The notes: a model not told the origin generated them from the letters alone. 64,000 bases of DNA from a virus (IMGVR_UViG_3300031951_000037:32001-96000), one strand, 5' to 3'. Shown: positions 29,501-37,703, counted from the first letter of the stretch. Translations and numbers: made by a program.

Positions 29501-32500
29501 AATGATCAGTGGTACTATGTTGGAGTTCTAGAGTCATTGCCATCCGTCATTGTTGCATTATATAACAGCTATAGCGATGCAGTGAAGGATCAGAATAGAA
29601 TTCAGATCACACCTGGCTTAGCATCTAGCGACATGGTACTGTCTCCGGGTGCAAGAGCATCTATTGTAACGTCATCTTCACCAATTCGTGAAAACAATAT
29701 CACTTTGCGCTTTGACAGAACAACATATGGTTCTCAGGTACTTGATTGGGAATCAGGGGCGTTCTATGGTGCATTCTTTGCAGGAACATATTACAACAGT
29801 GACAAGATTTCAAGCTCTGCTATCACGCTTGAAAGCACCGAGCCTGATATCAATAATATTCTTGCAAGTGCCCAAGGTGTAGCCCTACAAATCTCTGACG
29901 TAGAAAATGATAGACAGCTTACATGGTCTTCTACTATAAGATATGTTGAGAAAACAAATAGCTCAAATGATTCTATCAACTTAGTTCCTGCCGCAAAAAC
30001 ATTTGTTGGTACAGCTACAATTGCAGGCACAACAATGAATGTAACTGCAATTAGTGAGGGAACTGTAGTAATTGGTACATATGTGTATGGTCCAATTATT
30101 GATCCTGATACTCGCATTGTTTCGCAGATAAGCGGGACACCGGGCGGAACAGGCGTGTACGAGGTTTCAATCAGTCAACCTGAGACTATTGTAGTTAACG
30201 AAACAGTATCCTCATCTGGTTATATTGTAATGGAATCAACAAGTGGGTTCAGTATAAATGATGTAATAATCTTTGATGATATTGTTACCACAACCGGCAC
30301 AACTAATATCGTTCCTGGAACAGTGTATTATGTAAAACAAATCATCAGTGGTACGGAACTTACATTATCAACTGCAATTAATGGATCACTATTCAATCCC
30401 GGCAATTGGACAGGAAGTATGTCAGTCGTCGGCTCTGCTGTAAATGGATATGAATTGAATGCTGCTGGAACCACTGTTGGTTTCTATGTAGACATGCCGA
30501 TTAAGTTTGTAGGAGCTGTAGTAGGTAACCTTGCTGAAAACGAAACTTATTATGTTTCTGCAATTCATAACCCTATTCAATTCTCAGTTTCTACAACTCA
30601 GGGCGGCCCAACCGAAATCTTGATTAGTGAAACTGTGAGTGCGCAGGGACTAGAATGCTACACTGGTCAACTTGTAGACACTGCTATATTAACTTTAGAA
30701 TATCCTGGAATTCTAGAAGTAACTACAACACAGGCTACTGTTAACACATTGACTGTTCCAATGTCACCCGTAGGCACTGGTGGAACAACAGGTTTCTATA
30801 CTAATCTTCCAGTCTTCTTTACTGGGCAGGTGTTTGGTGGAATCATTGAAAATTTGGATTATTATATAACAACTGTTGTTGATAACGAAACTTTCACTAT
30901 CAGTGAATTCAAAGATCCGGTTATCACAGAAATCTCTGAAACAGTTGCATCAACAGACACTATCGTAGTAGAATCCACAACCGGCTTTGACTTGAATGAT
31001 CCTATCATTATTACATCGCTAACCGGAACGTTAGCATCAAGTAATATTGAGTCTGGAAGAACTTACTACGTAAGTGAAATCGTCAGCAACACCGAAATGA
31101 CTATTTCAGAATTGGTTAACGGAACAGTATTGTCGCTCAATAACGGTACTGGAACTGCAATTCTAACCAATCAAAAGAATACAGTTCAGTTGACTAGCGA
31201 AACTGGTTCAATGACCATGAACGTTTCACTGCCTGTAAGTCCAGGACAAATCAATGGTCAGCTATTCACGCTATATCAGACTGCTGGACAGTATCCTGAT
31301 ATCGTTTCTGAAAACTATTCGGACTTGATTGAAAGAACAATTCGTGCTACAATCGGAACGAACTATACTGTTCCAGTTAATAGAATTGCAATCCCAGAAT
31401 CAGAAGGTGGAACATTTAATTTCTACGTTAACATGCCATTGCGAGTAAACAGTGCAGTGGGTGGATTGAGTACCGGTGTTACCTATTATGTAACTGAATA
31501 TTCGGGAGAAGAAATACCTGATCCTGAAAATCCTGGGGAGACAATAGCACGACCAAACATTCAGGTAGAAGTTAACACTACTTCTTCAGTAGGAAACGTA
31601 TTAACCTGTGCATACGATGTAGGAAGAAATCTATTAGGAACTACATCACTATACATCGGTATGCCAATCGTATTCTCTGGAATTGGATTGGGCGGAATTG
31701 TTATTGGACAAGAATATTTTGTTGAAAGCATCGTTAGTTCCACTGAGTTCACTATCTCTGAAACTGATGGCGGCACAGCAAAGACATTATCCACCGCAAA
31801 CGGTATTATGATGGGTGATGGTAACCCATACATCATCATATCTACTAGTAAGGGCGGAAGTGCAGTAGCTTTAACTAATGATACTTCAGCTTCTTCTAGC
31901 TTCACTCAGTTTATAACTGGGACTCCCGAATTCAGTTTGTCATATGTGTTGGGTGGATACACTGCGATAATTACTAATCCCGGTGAAGGCTTTGCAATCA
32001 ACAATGTGATTACTGTTTCCGGAACTGAGGTAGGCGGAACAACCCCGGCCAACGACATTACACTAACGGTTAACACAGTAGATGATGACGGCGGGATTAC
32101 ATCTGTAATAAGAACCGGTACTCCTCCCGCATCAACGCAGCAGTACTATCTACAGGTGCGCTCAGAAAATACAGTGGCGGTATACAACAACTCATTGATG
32201 ACTGTTCCGGTTAGCGGCATTGCTTTCCCGTTTGTAGGATATACTGAATCAACAGTTACCAATTCTACTACCGATACACTAACAGTAGACACAACTGGAT
32301 TCAGTAATTATGATGCAGTATCATTTAGCGGTTCAATACCTACTGCATTTGATATCGGTGAAACATACTATCTGTACAATGTAACTTCTACAACTGCTCA
32401 AGTAACGACCACTCCAAATGACGCAGGTACGATTGTTTCTGGAATCACATTTACTGATGATTTTATGATGGCTAAGCTAGGTAGCATCGCATTACTGCCC

Positions 32501-35500
32501 GAACCATTCTACTTCAATCAGAGCATTGTCAAGTTTAACAATAGAGTTTATGAATGCGTCATTTCTAACAACGATGACGAATTCATTTTCGGTAAGTGGG
32601 AGTTGCTTGATTCAGGTGATCGCAGATTGAATGCAATGGATCGTGTAATTGGATACTATCAGCCTACCGTGGACATGCCTGGGGTAGACCTCACACAGTT
32701 GTTTGAGGGTGTCACGTATCCTAATTCTACATATTTAGGTAATGCTTTCCAACCAAACCAGCAGTATCCTCTTGATACTCAGTTGTCTGACTTGCCATTC
32801 TACCCATCTGAGGTAGATATTACTGGCATCGTATACGATGGCGAAAAGTATATCTCTAGCGCAAATCTACCAACATATAGTGCTATTATCGGAAGCTTAG
32901 ATAATCAGAATTGGGGAGTAGGCAGACTAACTAATAATCCTGTCAACTTGACAGATATTACATATGCGGGCGGAATCTATTTAATGACTTCTGCTAACCC
33001 AGCAACTCCTATCTATAGAAGTACTGACGGTATTTCTTGGACAACAACCGGATACTATACGCCAAATGATCCTTCTACTGCATTGTCAGTTGCGACTATG
33101 CCTTTGAATTCAGTAGCATATTGCTCAATGGGTCAGGCTTGGGTAGCAGTAGGTCAGAACATACTTCGCAGCACAGATTCATATCTGTGGGATAAGATAA
33201 CAGATTTTAATCCTGCATACGAATATCAATTAAATGCAATAGCTCCAATTACTGGTACTAATTGCATGGGACTTATTGCAGTGGGTAAGGGTAAAGAGCC
33301 AGACTTTTCTAGTGGCATAGGACAGTTAGTAGATATTAACTTGTTCTTCTACAGCCCAGATAGTATCAATTGGACTCAGGCACCTGTTGTAACTGATAAA
33401 GGATTCTATGGAGTTGCTAGCGACGGTGCTGACATAATCGCTGTAGGTGAGAACGGTGTAATATACTACACTCAAAACGGAATTGATTGGGTAGGTCTAA
33501 ACGAAGTCAACTGTTTCTTCGTAAACTCAGCAACCAACGTATTGAGTGTGACAAATACTGCTGGATTTACTGGTGGCGCATTAGGCACTCCGGTCAGATT
33601 CAACAAATCATTCTCTACGATTATTGCCGGAACAACATACTACGTCAAGTCAGTTGTGTCAAGTACTCAAATAACATTATCTAATACATTAGACGGAGCT
33701 GTTAAGGAACTAGTTAGTATTACTGCTGGTGGATTTGTTAATGGTACTACTTACACAATCACCAGCATAGGTACTACAGATTTTACTTTAATCGGTGCAG
33801 CTAGCAATACAGTGGGTATTAACTTTACTGCAACTGGTCCAGGGTCAGGAACAGGTACTGCAAATATTGTTCGTGGCGACATTATTCCTCCGCAAACACA
33901 GATGTATCAGTATAATTCCCTAGATCCAAATCCTTCAACACTAAGAAGCATTATTTACGCTGGCGGAGTTTGGGTAACAGCAGGCGACGAAGGAACGATC
34001 AAGACTTCACCTGACGGTATTACATGGACAGTTAGAAATTCAGGGGTAACTCAAAATCTTAATAATATCGCTTATAATGACAACGATTCGTCATTTACTA
34101 TAGTAGGTGATAATAACGTAATTCTAGTAAGCGAAGATTTAGGTGTTACTTGGACTGCTACATCTGTATTCACTGTGCCAGAAACAGAATACGATGTTGT
34201 CGGTGCTGACTTCTCATTCGGCTATGCACCGGAAGAATTAGTTGCTGGTGTTGTAAGCGACAACATTTCAATAACAGTTACTACCCGCCCCGGAACAAAC
34301 TGGCCTGTAGTAGAATACGGACATACCGGATTTGAAGTAGTTTCATTGGAGTTATTACCAACTGACGGAGAACAGGTAGAATATAGCTTTGATGGTGCGG
34401 TGAAAGTTCCTGCACACATTAACGTTCAGGTAATTGATGGTGCTACTGATTTGGGAACATCGCTTGCAGAAACAGAATATACTATTGATTGGATCAACAA
34501 GTCAATTACGCTAGACACTCCGTTAGCATTCACCCCTGTCGCTGACAAGCTCAGAATTGATGTGTATGCAGTTGGTAATGGAGATCAACTAGTCAAGGCT
34601 AGCACCGATACCAACCCGATCAGAACCGATTCTGTAACCGGATTCAATGAAATCTATGTTAACGCAAATTACAGTGCTAGCATATTTGCTGGAAGCGGCG
34701 TACTAAGACCTGGCACTGACAACTTAAACGTTCGTGTATTCGAAACAGAATCAGTATCAGATAGAATTTTCTGTGACAGCGTGACTAACTTTGTTCTTAA
34801 CGGTCCTATCACGTTCCAAGGAATTCCCTTCGGCGGTCTACAAGAAGAAACAGTTTACTATGTGAAGTCTATCAGTTATGCTACCAACGCAATAATTATT
34901 TCACCGGTGTATGACTCTATTGCAGGACAAGCTGGCCCTGCACTAGAATTGTCTAACGCAACAGGCGAAATGTTTGCTAATATTCAAAACGGCGCGGCAT
35001 CTGTTTGGTCGGACCCAGTGGTAGATCACAATGGAACAAAACTAGTATTTGGTTCAACCGGATTAGTAACTCGTGCGAAAGCATCTAATAATGCATTAAC
35101 AACAGGAACTACTAGTGGGTTGATTGTAGGGACACCAATCACGTTTGGTCAAGGTACGTTTAGTACATTAGTACCATTCCAAAGATACTATATAAAATCC
35201 ATTCTTGATGGCAACGAATTCACAATCTCAGAAACACTTGGCGGCCCTGAGTTTGCTCTAACAGAGTTCAATGGCACGACCACGTTTGTAACTAACGATT
35301 ATGCAATCGGTAGGCGCTCTGATAATCATGCAAAAATTGTGTTTGCTTCTAATCAGTATAACACGGATGTTGATTATATTGTGTTCTCATTGTTTGGAGA
35401 AACAAGCCCAGTACAATATGGGTATGCATTACCAGAAGTGCAATACTTTAACGGTGATGGCTCAACTGCATCGTTCTACCTTAACAACTTTGTGGGATAT

Positions 35501-37693
35501 GACAATCCAACAAATGCTATTGTAGAAATTGATGGAGTGAGAATTACAGCGTCACAGTATACTATTAGTTCAATTTCAAATACCATCTTGTTCAATAGTC
35601 CTCCTGCAAATGGCACTATCATATCAGTAATGACATATAATGATACAAGCAGACAATATCTAACTAGTCAGTATAATATTACTGGTAATCCAGGCTCATC
35701 CCTAATAAGCTTGACTGTGGGCTCAACCACACACTTTGAAGCCACATATGACCAAGATACCCCAACAGTAATTACGTATGACCAAGATACCCCAAGTGTA
35801 GTTGCATATGATGAGGTATTAGATTACCTAACATTGTCATCTGGAAGCACGAGTTCATTAAATATCAATGACTCAATAATCTTTGCAGCACCTACGATCG
35901 GTGGCATCGTAGCTGGTCAAACTTACTATGTGACAGAGATCATCAATTCTACTGACTTTGTAATTTCAGAAGACGTTGGTGGACTGCCATTTACAGTAAC
36001 TACTGATTCTGGATCAATGACCTTGCAGGCAAATGGTTTGACTGTTGCCCCGATATCAAACATTGTCAATACTATTGCACCGCCGATTGCAACTACAACT
36101 GCGTCTTCATCCACTAGTGGTTCACCCAACGAAATTACAGTTGATAGCACTAGTGGGTTTATAGTTGGTCAGCCTGTTCAGTTCTTTGGAACATCGTTTG
36201 ATGCAAACATTGAAACTGATGGAACTGTATACTATGTTGATTCTATTGTCAATAGCACTACATTCACGATTGAGGATTATCAAGGTAATCAGATAGTAAC
36301 TGCTGGCGGCGGCCCTGGAAATATGCTAGTCGTTGTTGGTGGAAATCCAACAGTACGAGTAACCACAGACATTGAGCATAACTTAGTAGAAAATACTTTG
36401 GTTCGTATTGACGGAACAACTGGATCTACCCAACTCAACAATAACACATACTATGCTAAGATTATAAATCCATATGTGTTTGACATTTATGCTCAACCAT
36501 ATGACCCGTCACCAACCGCAGTCAACGATCCAATCATTGCTATTTCGGCTTACACAGGTGGCGGCTATACATGGAGACAGGGTCTGTTCTTCATCACAAC
36601 TACTACCGCTACCGCTACCGCAGTAACCACTAACTTTATTACTGTGGGTTCAACCGAAGACTTGTTCGTAGGAACTCCGGTATACTTTAGTCAGGTTGAA
36701 ACTAATAACGGAACTGCTCTCATGGGTGGATTAGACCAAGGCACTGTATACTACATTAAGACAATTGAAAATGCTACCACAATAACTGTTTCTGAAACTA
36801 GATACGGTGATCCAGTCACATTAATTAATGATACTGGAAGTATAAATCTAACTCAGTGGGCACAGACCAATGTAGATAGACTTTGGGTAACAATCAATGG
36901 TTATCGTGTACCTTCATCAAGTCTACGGGTAAATGACTTCAACGAAGTAAGCATTTTGTCTGAAATCGTGCCGGGTGATCAGGTAATCATTACTAGCATG
37001 ATTCCTACAGCAACTCCCGACGAAGACATTTACATCAACTTTGTGAATCAGGTTAATGAGGGAACGGTATATCGTATCAATCCTGACATTACTACATGGT
37101 TAACTGAACCTGTATACCCGCTCAGCGAAACAATTTACATTGATGACGTTACTAAAGTAACTCGTCAGGTTGTACAGAATGTCACTACACCAGCTGCAAC
37201 CTCAGGATTCTATTATATCGGATTAACCGCAGACAAGAACTTGATTGCTAATGTTAGAGTATTCAACAAGTCTACAGGAAACTTCTTACCACAAGAAGCA
37301 ATAAGTGTTGTTCTCATTGACTTATCTCCCAATGTCAAGATTGTTCCTGGGGCCTACATTACAGCGCCGAATCTGACTTATCTCGGAGACGAGTTGATTA
37401 TTACTACCCTTGAAGGAAACACTGTGTACATTAACGGTGAAGAAATCAGATTCGGTAGCGTAGATTTTGAAAACAATGCGCTAACTGAATTAGGCAGAGG
37501 AGTAAACGGGACGGCAGCACAGCCATACATAGCTACATACAGTAGAGTATATGGTTTGCTTTCATCCAATAAATTGAATGATATATATTACGATCAAACT
37601 TGGAACTCTAAGGTTTACAATACAGTAGAGGGTGATCCGTTACAGATTAGTGAAACGGTGCCAGCAGATTTCTTAAATAATCAAAATACCTAA
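17537..37693 (+). CDS. Giant baseplate wedge (gp7-like) / adhesin-like structural protein, 6718 aa
   Basis: Uninterrupted 20.2-kb ORF in the gp7 position after gp6; contains FG-GAP-like and Asp-box-like propeller repeats, ~15 copies of a 45-60-aa beta module and GxGY..P motifs. Confidence 0.75.
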   Translation: MARVRTLNFLPEIFQTPTNAEFLAATLDQIVSNPVTAKVQGYVGSRFGPGINALDYYVTEPTKVRTDYQLEPGVVFTKPGESVARDFITYPGIVDSLKISGAVTNNNDRLFQSQFYSWDSFTNLDKLVNYHEYYWIPAGPPAVTVSNSVVFTNEDYLVTDFANNYEISEVGSQIDLGSNPTLSLLRGGTYTFTVNQDSQFWIQTEPGTSGFEATQPNIPTREVFGVSNNGENNGTVTFVVPQKNAQDQYIFPGNNVVDVVSTLPFSQVNGQRLYTITDPATGITYPGLQEIDGVSGLNGLRVMFYDTGAVDEIGYISSYYDETFYDVNDPFFTNPATVVVASTSAVNNALTVDTGYSTGPLILNQTITISGTPMGGLVPGQVYFVKEILSSTEFTVSESIEGATVTLSTQSGVDMVVNINQGQFEQGFYSTVNENFYRIQLVGDPNNPVLRLIPDGSIPNNQNIVPQFGVQWINRPFYRNTLGVISLVPQITAPKDILYYQDGSNPNKVGILKIIENNGKDYLDVDTEILGKINYTSPNGVAFTNGLKVSFDGNVFPVSYRRGEYYVEGVGTGIELISVEDLICPEGFTIGDYIPWDSLGFDIGNYDINLFLPIEQDYITIARNSISRNAWSRSNRWFHIDVINATASYNKNPAILTEFATQENKAKRPIIEFYPNLRLYNGGSVGKRAVDFFDTREPDALTNVAGLYNYYPDVETYTTNTAVVAPTPTTIVAVSAMLAGETYVVDTAFGTLQPVWNTLAGTEGVTYVDGDVITCQVDGSTIAVPGTGLARLLYDQTTIVVPLDEVTGTFQIGMYTGDTLNLVPVNSQIINLSDDGTDLTITVNWPYPQDLVGGTTSIVGTDTTASNYAVFPGARIIFANDTDAETSTTIYVVDIVELAPGQEPEIVLTRAEDATIEIDEQTAISRGYNYQGKTFYYDGIEWLEAQQKVTVNQAPLFDVFDDNGISFGNPEIYNSTTFKGSTIFSYGINPLTVDDPILGFPVRFSDIGNIGDISFDVTLNSDTFDYVRGFESITQKVNTGYVHNTTTRTEYQRELGWQTAVAPSTQYQIFNFNYQIENPTLVYTCDVQALPDLLPDEQGWTSVQVYYNNVYQEPSNYTITRYDNATSITLINPPEETTVVQVLVLSDQVSNNAYYMTPINLNNNPFNEDLTVADLGDIRNQYQDIFVNAPGTTGNIFGVNNFRDLGNLVPYGTKIIQNSASLAIPGAFLRKSNHDLLNALLFNSREYVKYKQLLVDTVQNTDYVQRYTPADILDDAIEQISASRSETSAFFWSDMLPNKSPFRVNTYKFNSNNDVTRYPLSQVYNFESANYNGVLVYLNRTVDNNLVQKQLLRNVDYTISTDSPTLTITLDLVPGDSVVIKEYNQTYGSYVPYTPSKLGLYALHQPQVVLDSDYTVPTYFIKGHDGSYTKLYGDYIPELDVLIDFRDQALLEFEKRIYNNVKLSTEVPIKFYDVLPGFFRNSDYSYDEWLQMYSVNFLNWIGQNRLDYKTQFYNRNNEFTYNYTNAQNKLDGSPIKQGYWRGLYEYLYDTTTPNLTPWEMLGFADKPTWWEDRYGPAPYTSDNLVLWGDVEAGIVYSEDGTFTVVPELARPGITNIIPVDTAGNLLSPLFSVVGTYNPSTFQKDWRVGDDGPVELSYRRSSTYPFDVIKLFALTRPAEFYNLAVDLDNYKFNAEFNQYLVNNRTHLIPSDIEVYGNGTAKTSYINWIVDYEKQLGIDSTANITSLLDNLDVRLIYRLAGYSDKTMLKFYVEKGSPNSNNAALLIPDESYSVLLYDNQPFDKITFSSVIVQQDVDGYKVFGNSQNIAYFTTYAPLNNGNYEDITVINQRVKVNKDHSTQEVLVPYGTKFYSAQEVAQFIMSYAAYLNDKGMIFDKIESGVEINWNLMVQEFLYWTQTGWDVGSIITLNPSATDLNVNRDGYIVQPLTLQQQNFILNQDLYPIQLNNLCVNRDGTSFRVHTLNEGDSMSYAQFNVSNFEHGIVFDNTTLFNDVIYNLTTGLRQNRITLRGMKTAEWNGTVDTWGFILNQDNVQEWARDIKYPKGIIVKYKNKYWTALRLVEPSAVFNELDWKLVDYQDIQKGLLPNSATRSYESTLYYNCNETNLEQDADLLSFSLIGYRPRDYLALADLTDVTQINVYKNMIKNKGTRNATQAFDGVNLPQGGIQYNVYENWAIKNGEYGGVLNDNFVEFRLDQSVLTGNPSIVSLNNGVYTPGAMQEVSLYDLFNYGDNVTDPNILATVNTEATDITYPSAGYANFDDVKMSSFYYAGLPNAVDKSGKVIPIQNFYVRDYFWLANFKEKWGIYTWNPIGQVVAAIGNVNGTTTIRFSQPHNLKKLDPIAIVNFSTTVDGYYLVSDIINLNEVIINLNLPNLNSGNVLQGLGVGLLVTNQRVNKPSDIESLSLLEAEFTKNTVWVDENTDGSWAVYRKNINYQNTGEIYVDNSTTFGSSVAYTDIVGYLIGDPGAGKVHRFYYNESTNEYDLAQVITKTSSFGSAIAHAGNTFVISQPTGTPKVFVYIWNDTTATNNLIQYQEIAAPGGVTDWGSKIAISGDQNWIYISDYLNTNVYVYRKDNTEFTAGYFTVGQTYTITSVGTTDFTTIGAPQNSVGITFVATGIGTGTGTATRVTYQEAAVIDGSLLGLTNSDGFGKSISTSYYGDRIFIGAPNKDHANGTTDNGELYFYQRSVQNFEAQYTTVPYLPHTFNLAWTPDTASANVTATNGTTDKITLSTVSGMSVNDAIVFVGSGLSGTGIEENKTYYIESIVGSDITIKTSRSSTTVFGITTVASVTGATASAQTTPLYVTVNGTLVADNNYAVNGSNLIYSGFLRAGDIVNVSGNEFFMAQEFNPETNDRINIQFGYAVDTTQSSGELLIGSPFEINEEIKEGKVYRYTDAGARFGIVFGTEECNVLGSRTILINGFAVNLAAGNAEDTASVINATQVPNVIASSTSDNKLIIQVADQSLAQINNKLVVTAFDDTTLAELGIQSYSFTQIVTCPHREGPTEFGKSIKFNEFDSVVIGAPVGANFVGTTFDFTDDENLDNDTVFDNNATRFVESYANSGAVYMFDLLSNYEGNALNPGAFVYAQSVNTSTLNFDFNPYYGYAVDFNNNTVVAGAPNMQGTLITGGQATGFTNATGVRDWTEYRQSAPIVDIEKIENTQIFSALTNDTLVNLDYMDPLQGKLLGAVRQNIDYVSGSDPAKYNSNNSTNGYVWGAEQVGQIWFNTKSVRFVNYHQNDVVYNSEYWGTLFPGSDVAVYTWVASNNTPAQYSGPGVPFDVTQYCVGSTLNSSNIVTPIYYFWVRNTNIIDKHRGKTLSDNIIARYIANPRNSGIAYVAPLLPNTFALYNSEEYFDGNNSIFHIGYANGTGSDVSHSEYTLIRENYPDDFLPGLPAVADAPTTLPFRVLYPAAGVDEPNSLYARMLDSLSGTTAPITTPDGTIETGQVVPNPFLPKAVQSGVLARPRQSFFFNRFTALQNYLTYANEVLIQYPIVELRPNLSFIFAQGEFFDTANYWTYVNWWLPGYNNSTRAALQVPIYADLAELRVAPGTIVKVEQNGQGLFEFYRYDDNGVWSRIGLENGTIQFNSYLWDYEAAKLGYGGDFFDTTPFDIYPSEETRNIVRALNEQIYTGDLLEHRNKSLVLLFEYIQSETIESQNYLPWINKTSLMDVFHTVRELKPYEVFKSDNVAFLEGYINEVKPYHVVIKEFLVKYTGIEEFTGDITDFDVPATYSPTYQEYISPQLVYSDPNNRYEYEYGNDIWATAPYTQWYQNYGLSITGEPNYNITTLKTYMDLGTRTMIVDNASGFPVNGVIRIGDESIAYSYVDRDLNLLGGLSRGFNQTVVAQHIPGANIFIDLPAVVVLNEGSGYTDVPQVTAYIDTAIYPAPRKEAILQAVMSGDRVSAVNVIDPGEGYAVLPEIRISTAYSVLFSDADINPALHTINLYAPSFVTGDLVKFTQGSNGGKPNFLVNDQWYYVGVLESLPSVIVALYNSYSDAVKDQNRIQITPGLASSDMVLSPGARASIVTSSSPIRENNITLRFDRTTYGSQVLDWESGAFYGAFFAGTYYNSDKISSSAITLESTEPDINNILASAQGVALQISDVENDRQLTWSSTIRYVEKTNSSNDSINLVPAAKTFVGTATIAGTTMNVTAISEGTVVIGTYVYGPIIDPDTRIVSQISGTPGGTGVYEVSISQPETIVVNETVSSSGYIVMESTSGFSINDVIIFDDIVTTTGTTNIVPGTVYYVKQIISGTELTLSTAINGSLFNPGNWTGSMSVVGSAVNGYELNAAGTTVGFYVDMPIKFVGAVVGNLAENETYYVSAIHNPIQFSVSTTQGGPTEILISETVSAQGLECYTGQLVDTAILTLEYPGILEVTTTQATVNTLTVPMSPVGTGGTTGFYTNLPVFFTGQVFGGIIENLDYYITTVVDNETFTISEFKDPVITEISETVASTDTIVVESTTGFDLNDPIIITSLTGTLASSNIESGRTYYVSEIVSNTEMTISELVNGTVLSLNNGTGTAILTNQKNTVQLTSETGSMTMNVSLPVSPGQINGQLFTLYQTAGQYPDIVSENYSDLIERTIRATIGTNYTVPVNRIAIPESEGGTFNFYVNMPLRVNSAVGGLSTGVTYYVTEYSGEEIPDPENPGETIARPNIQVEVNTTSSVGNVLTCAYDVGRNLLGTTSLYIGMPIVFSGIGLGGIVIGQEYFVESIVSSTEFTISETDGGTAKTLSTANGIMMGDGNPYIIISTSKGGSAVALTNDTSASSSFTQFITGTPEFSLSYVLGGYTAIITNPGEGFAINNVITVSGTEVGGTTPANDITLTVNTVDDDGGITSVIRTGTPPASTQQYYLQVRSENTVAVYNNSLMTVPVSGIAFPFVGYTESTVTNSTTDTLTVDTTGFSNYDAVSFSGSIPTAFDIGETYYLYNVTSTTAQVTTTPNDAGTIVSGITFTDDFMMAKLGSIALLPEPFYFNQSIVKFNNRVYECVISNNDDEFIFGKWELLDSGDRRLNAMDRVIGYYQPTVDMPGVDLTQLFEGVTYPNSTYLGNAFQPNQQYPLDTQLSDLPFYPSEVDITGIVYDGEKYISSANLPTYSAIIGSLDNQNWGVGRLTNNPVNLTDITYAGGIYLMTSANPATPIYRSTDGISWTTTGYYTPNDPSTALSVATMPLNSVAYCSMGQAWVAVGQNILRSTDSYLWDKITDFNPAYEYQLNAIAPITGTNCMGLIAVGKGKEPDFSSGIGQLVDINLFFYSPDSINWTQAPVVTDKGFYGVASDGADIIAVGENGVIYYTQNGIDWVGLNEVNCFFVNSATNVLSVTNTAGFTGGALGTPVRFNKSFSTIIAGTTYYVKSVVSSTQITLSNTLDGAVKELVSITAGGFVNGTTYTITSIGTTDFTLIGAASNTVGINFTATGPGSGTGTANIVRGDIIPPQTQMYQYNSLDPNPSTLRSIIYAGGVWVTAGDEGTIKTSPDGITWTVRNSGVTQNLNNIAYNDNDSSFTIVGDNNVILVSEDLGVTWTATSVFTVPETEYDVVGADFSFGYAPEELVAGVVSDNISITVTTRPGTNWPVVEYGHTGFEVVSLELLPTDGEQVEYSFDGAVKVPAHINVQVIDGATDLGTSLAETEYTIDWINKSITLDTPLAFTPVADKLRIDVYAVGNGDQLVKASTDTNPIRTDSVTGFNEIYVNANYSASIFAGSGVLRPGTDNLNVRVFETESVSDRIFCDSVTNFVLNGPITFQGIPFGGLQEETVYYVKSISYATNAIIISPVYDSIAGQAGPALELSNATGEMFANIQNGAASVWSDPVVDHNGTKLVFGSTGLVTRAKASNNALTTGTTSGLIVGTPITFGQGTFSTLVPFQRYYIKSILDGNEFTISETLGGPEFALTEFNGTTTFVTNDYAIGRRSDNHAKIVFASNQYNTDVDYIVFSLFGETSPVQYGYALPEVQYFNGDGSTASFYLNNFVGYDNPTNAIVEIDGVRITASQYTISSISNTILFNSPPANGTIISVMTYNDTSRQYLTSQYNITGNPGSSLISLTVGSTTHFEATYDQDTPTVITYDQDTPSVVAYDEVLDYLTLSSGSTSSLNINDSIIFAAPTIGGIVAGQTYYVTEIINSTDFVISEDVGGLPFTVTTDSGSMTLQANGLTVAPISNIVNTIAPPIATTTASSSTSGSPNEITVDSTSGFIVGQPVQFFGTSFDANIETDGTVYYVDSIVNSTTFTIEDYQGNQIVTAGGGPGNMLVVVGGNPTVRVTTDIEHNLVENTLVRIDGTTGSTQLNNNTYYAKIINPYVFDIYAQPYDPSPTAVNDPIIAISAYTGGGYTWRQGLFFITTTTATATAVTTNFITVGSTEDLFVGTPVYFSQVETNNGTALMGGLDQGTVYYIKTIENATTITVSETRYGDPVTLINDTGSINLTQWAQTNVDRLWVTINGYRVPSSSLRVNDFNEVSILSEIVPGDQVIITSMIPTATPDEDIYINFVNQVNEGTVYRINPDITTWLTEPVYPLSETIYIDDVTKVTRQVVQNVTTPAATSGFYYIGLTADKNLIANVRVFNKSTGNFLPQEAISVVLIDLSPNVKIVPGAYITAPNLTYLGDELIITTLEGNTVYINGEEIRFGSVDFENNALTELGRGVNGTAAQPYIATYSRVYGLLSSNKLNDIYYDQTWNSKVYNTVEGDPLQISETVPADFLNNQNT
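25325..25462 (+). repeat. 46-aa module, copy 1 (copy 2 at 33725-33862)
   Basis: AGYFTVGQTYTITSVGTTDFTTIGAPQNSVGITFVATGIGTGTGTA. Confidence 0.85.
33725..33862 (+). repeat. 46-aa module, copy 2
   Basis: AGGFVNGTTYTITSIGTTDFTLIGAASNTVGINFTATGPGSGTGTA, 8400 nt downstream of copy 1. Confidence 0.85.
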
Positions 37694-37695
37694 GA

Positions 37696-37703
37696 GATAA
37701 ATA
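37696..37703 (+). promoter_or_regulatory. Late promoter (GATAAATA)
   Basis: Exact motif just after the mega-gene stop; ends 4 nt before the ATG at 37708. Confidence 0.7.

Noticed and set aside
721-37693. Inteins or introns explaining the oversized gp46, gp55, gp5, gp6 and gp7-like genes
   Set aside because: I saw no Hint-domain splice motifs, homing-endonuclease motifs or frame breaks; the extra length comes from repeats and inserted domains.
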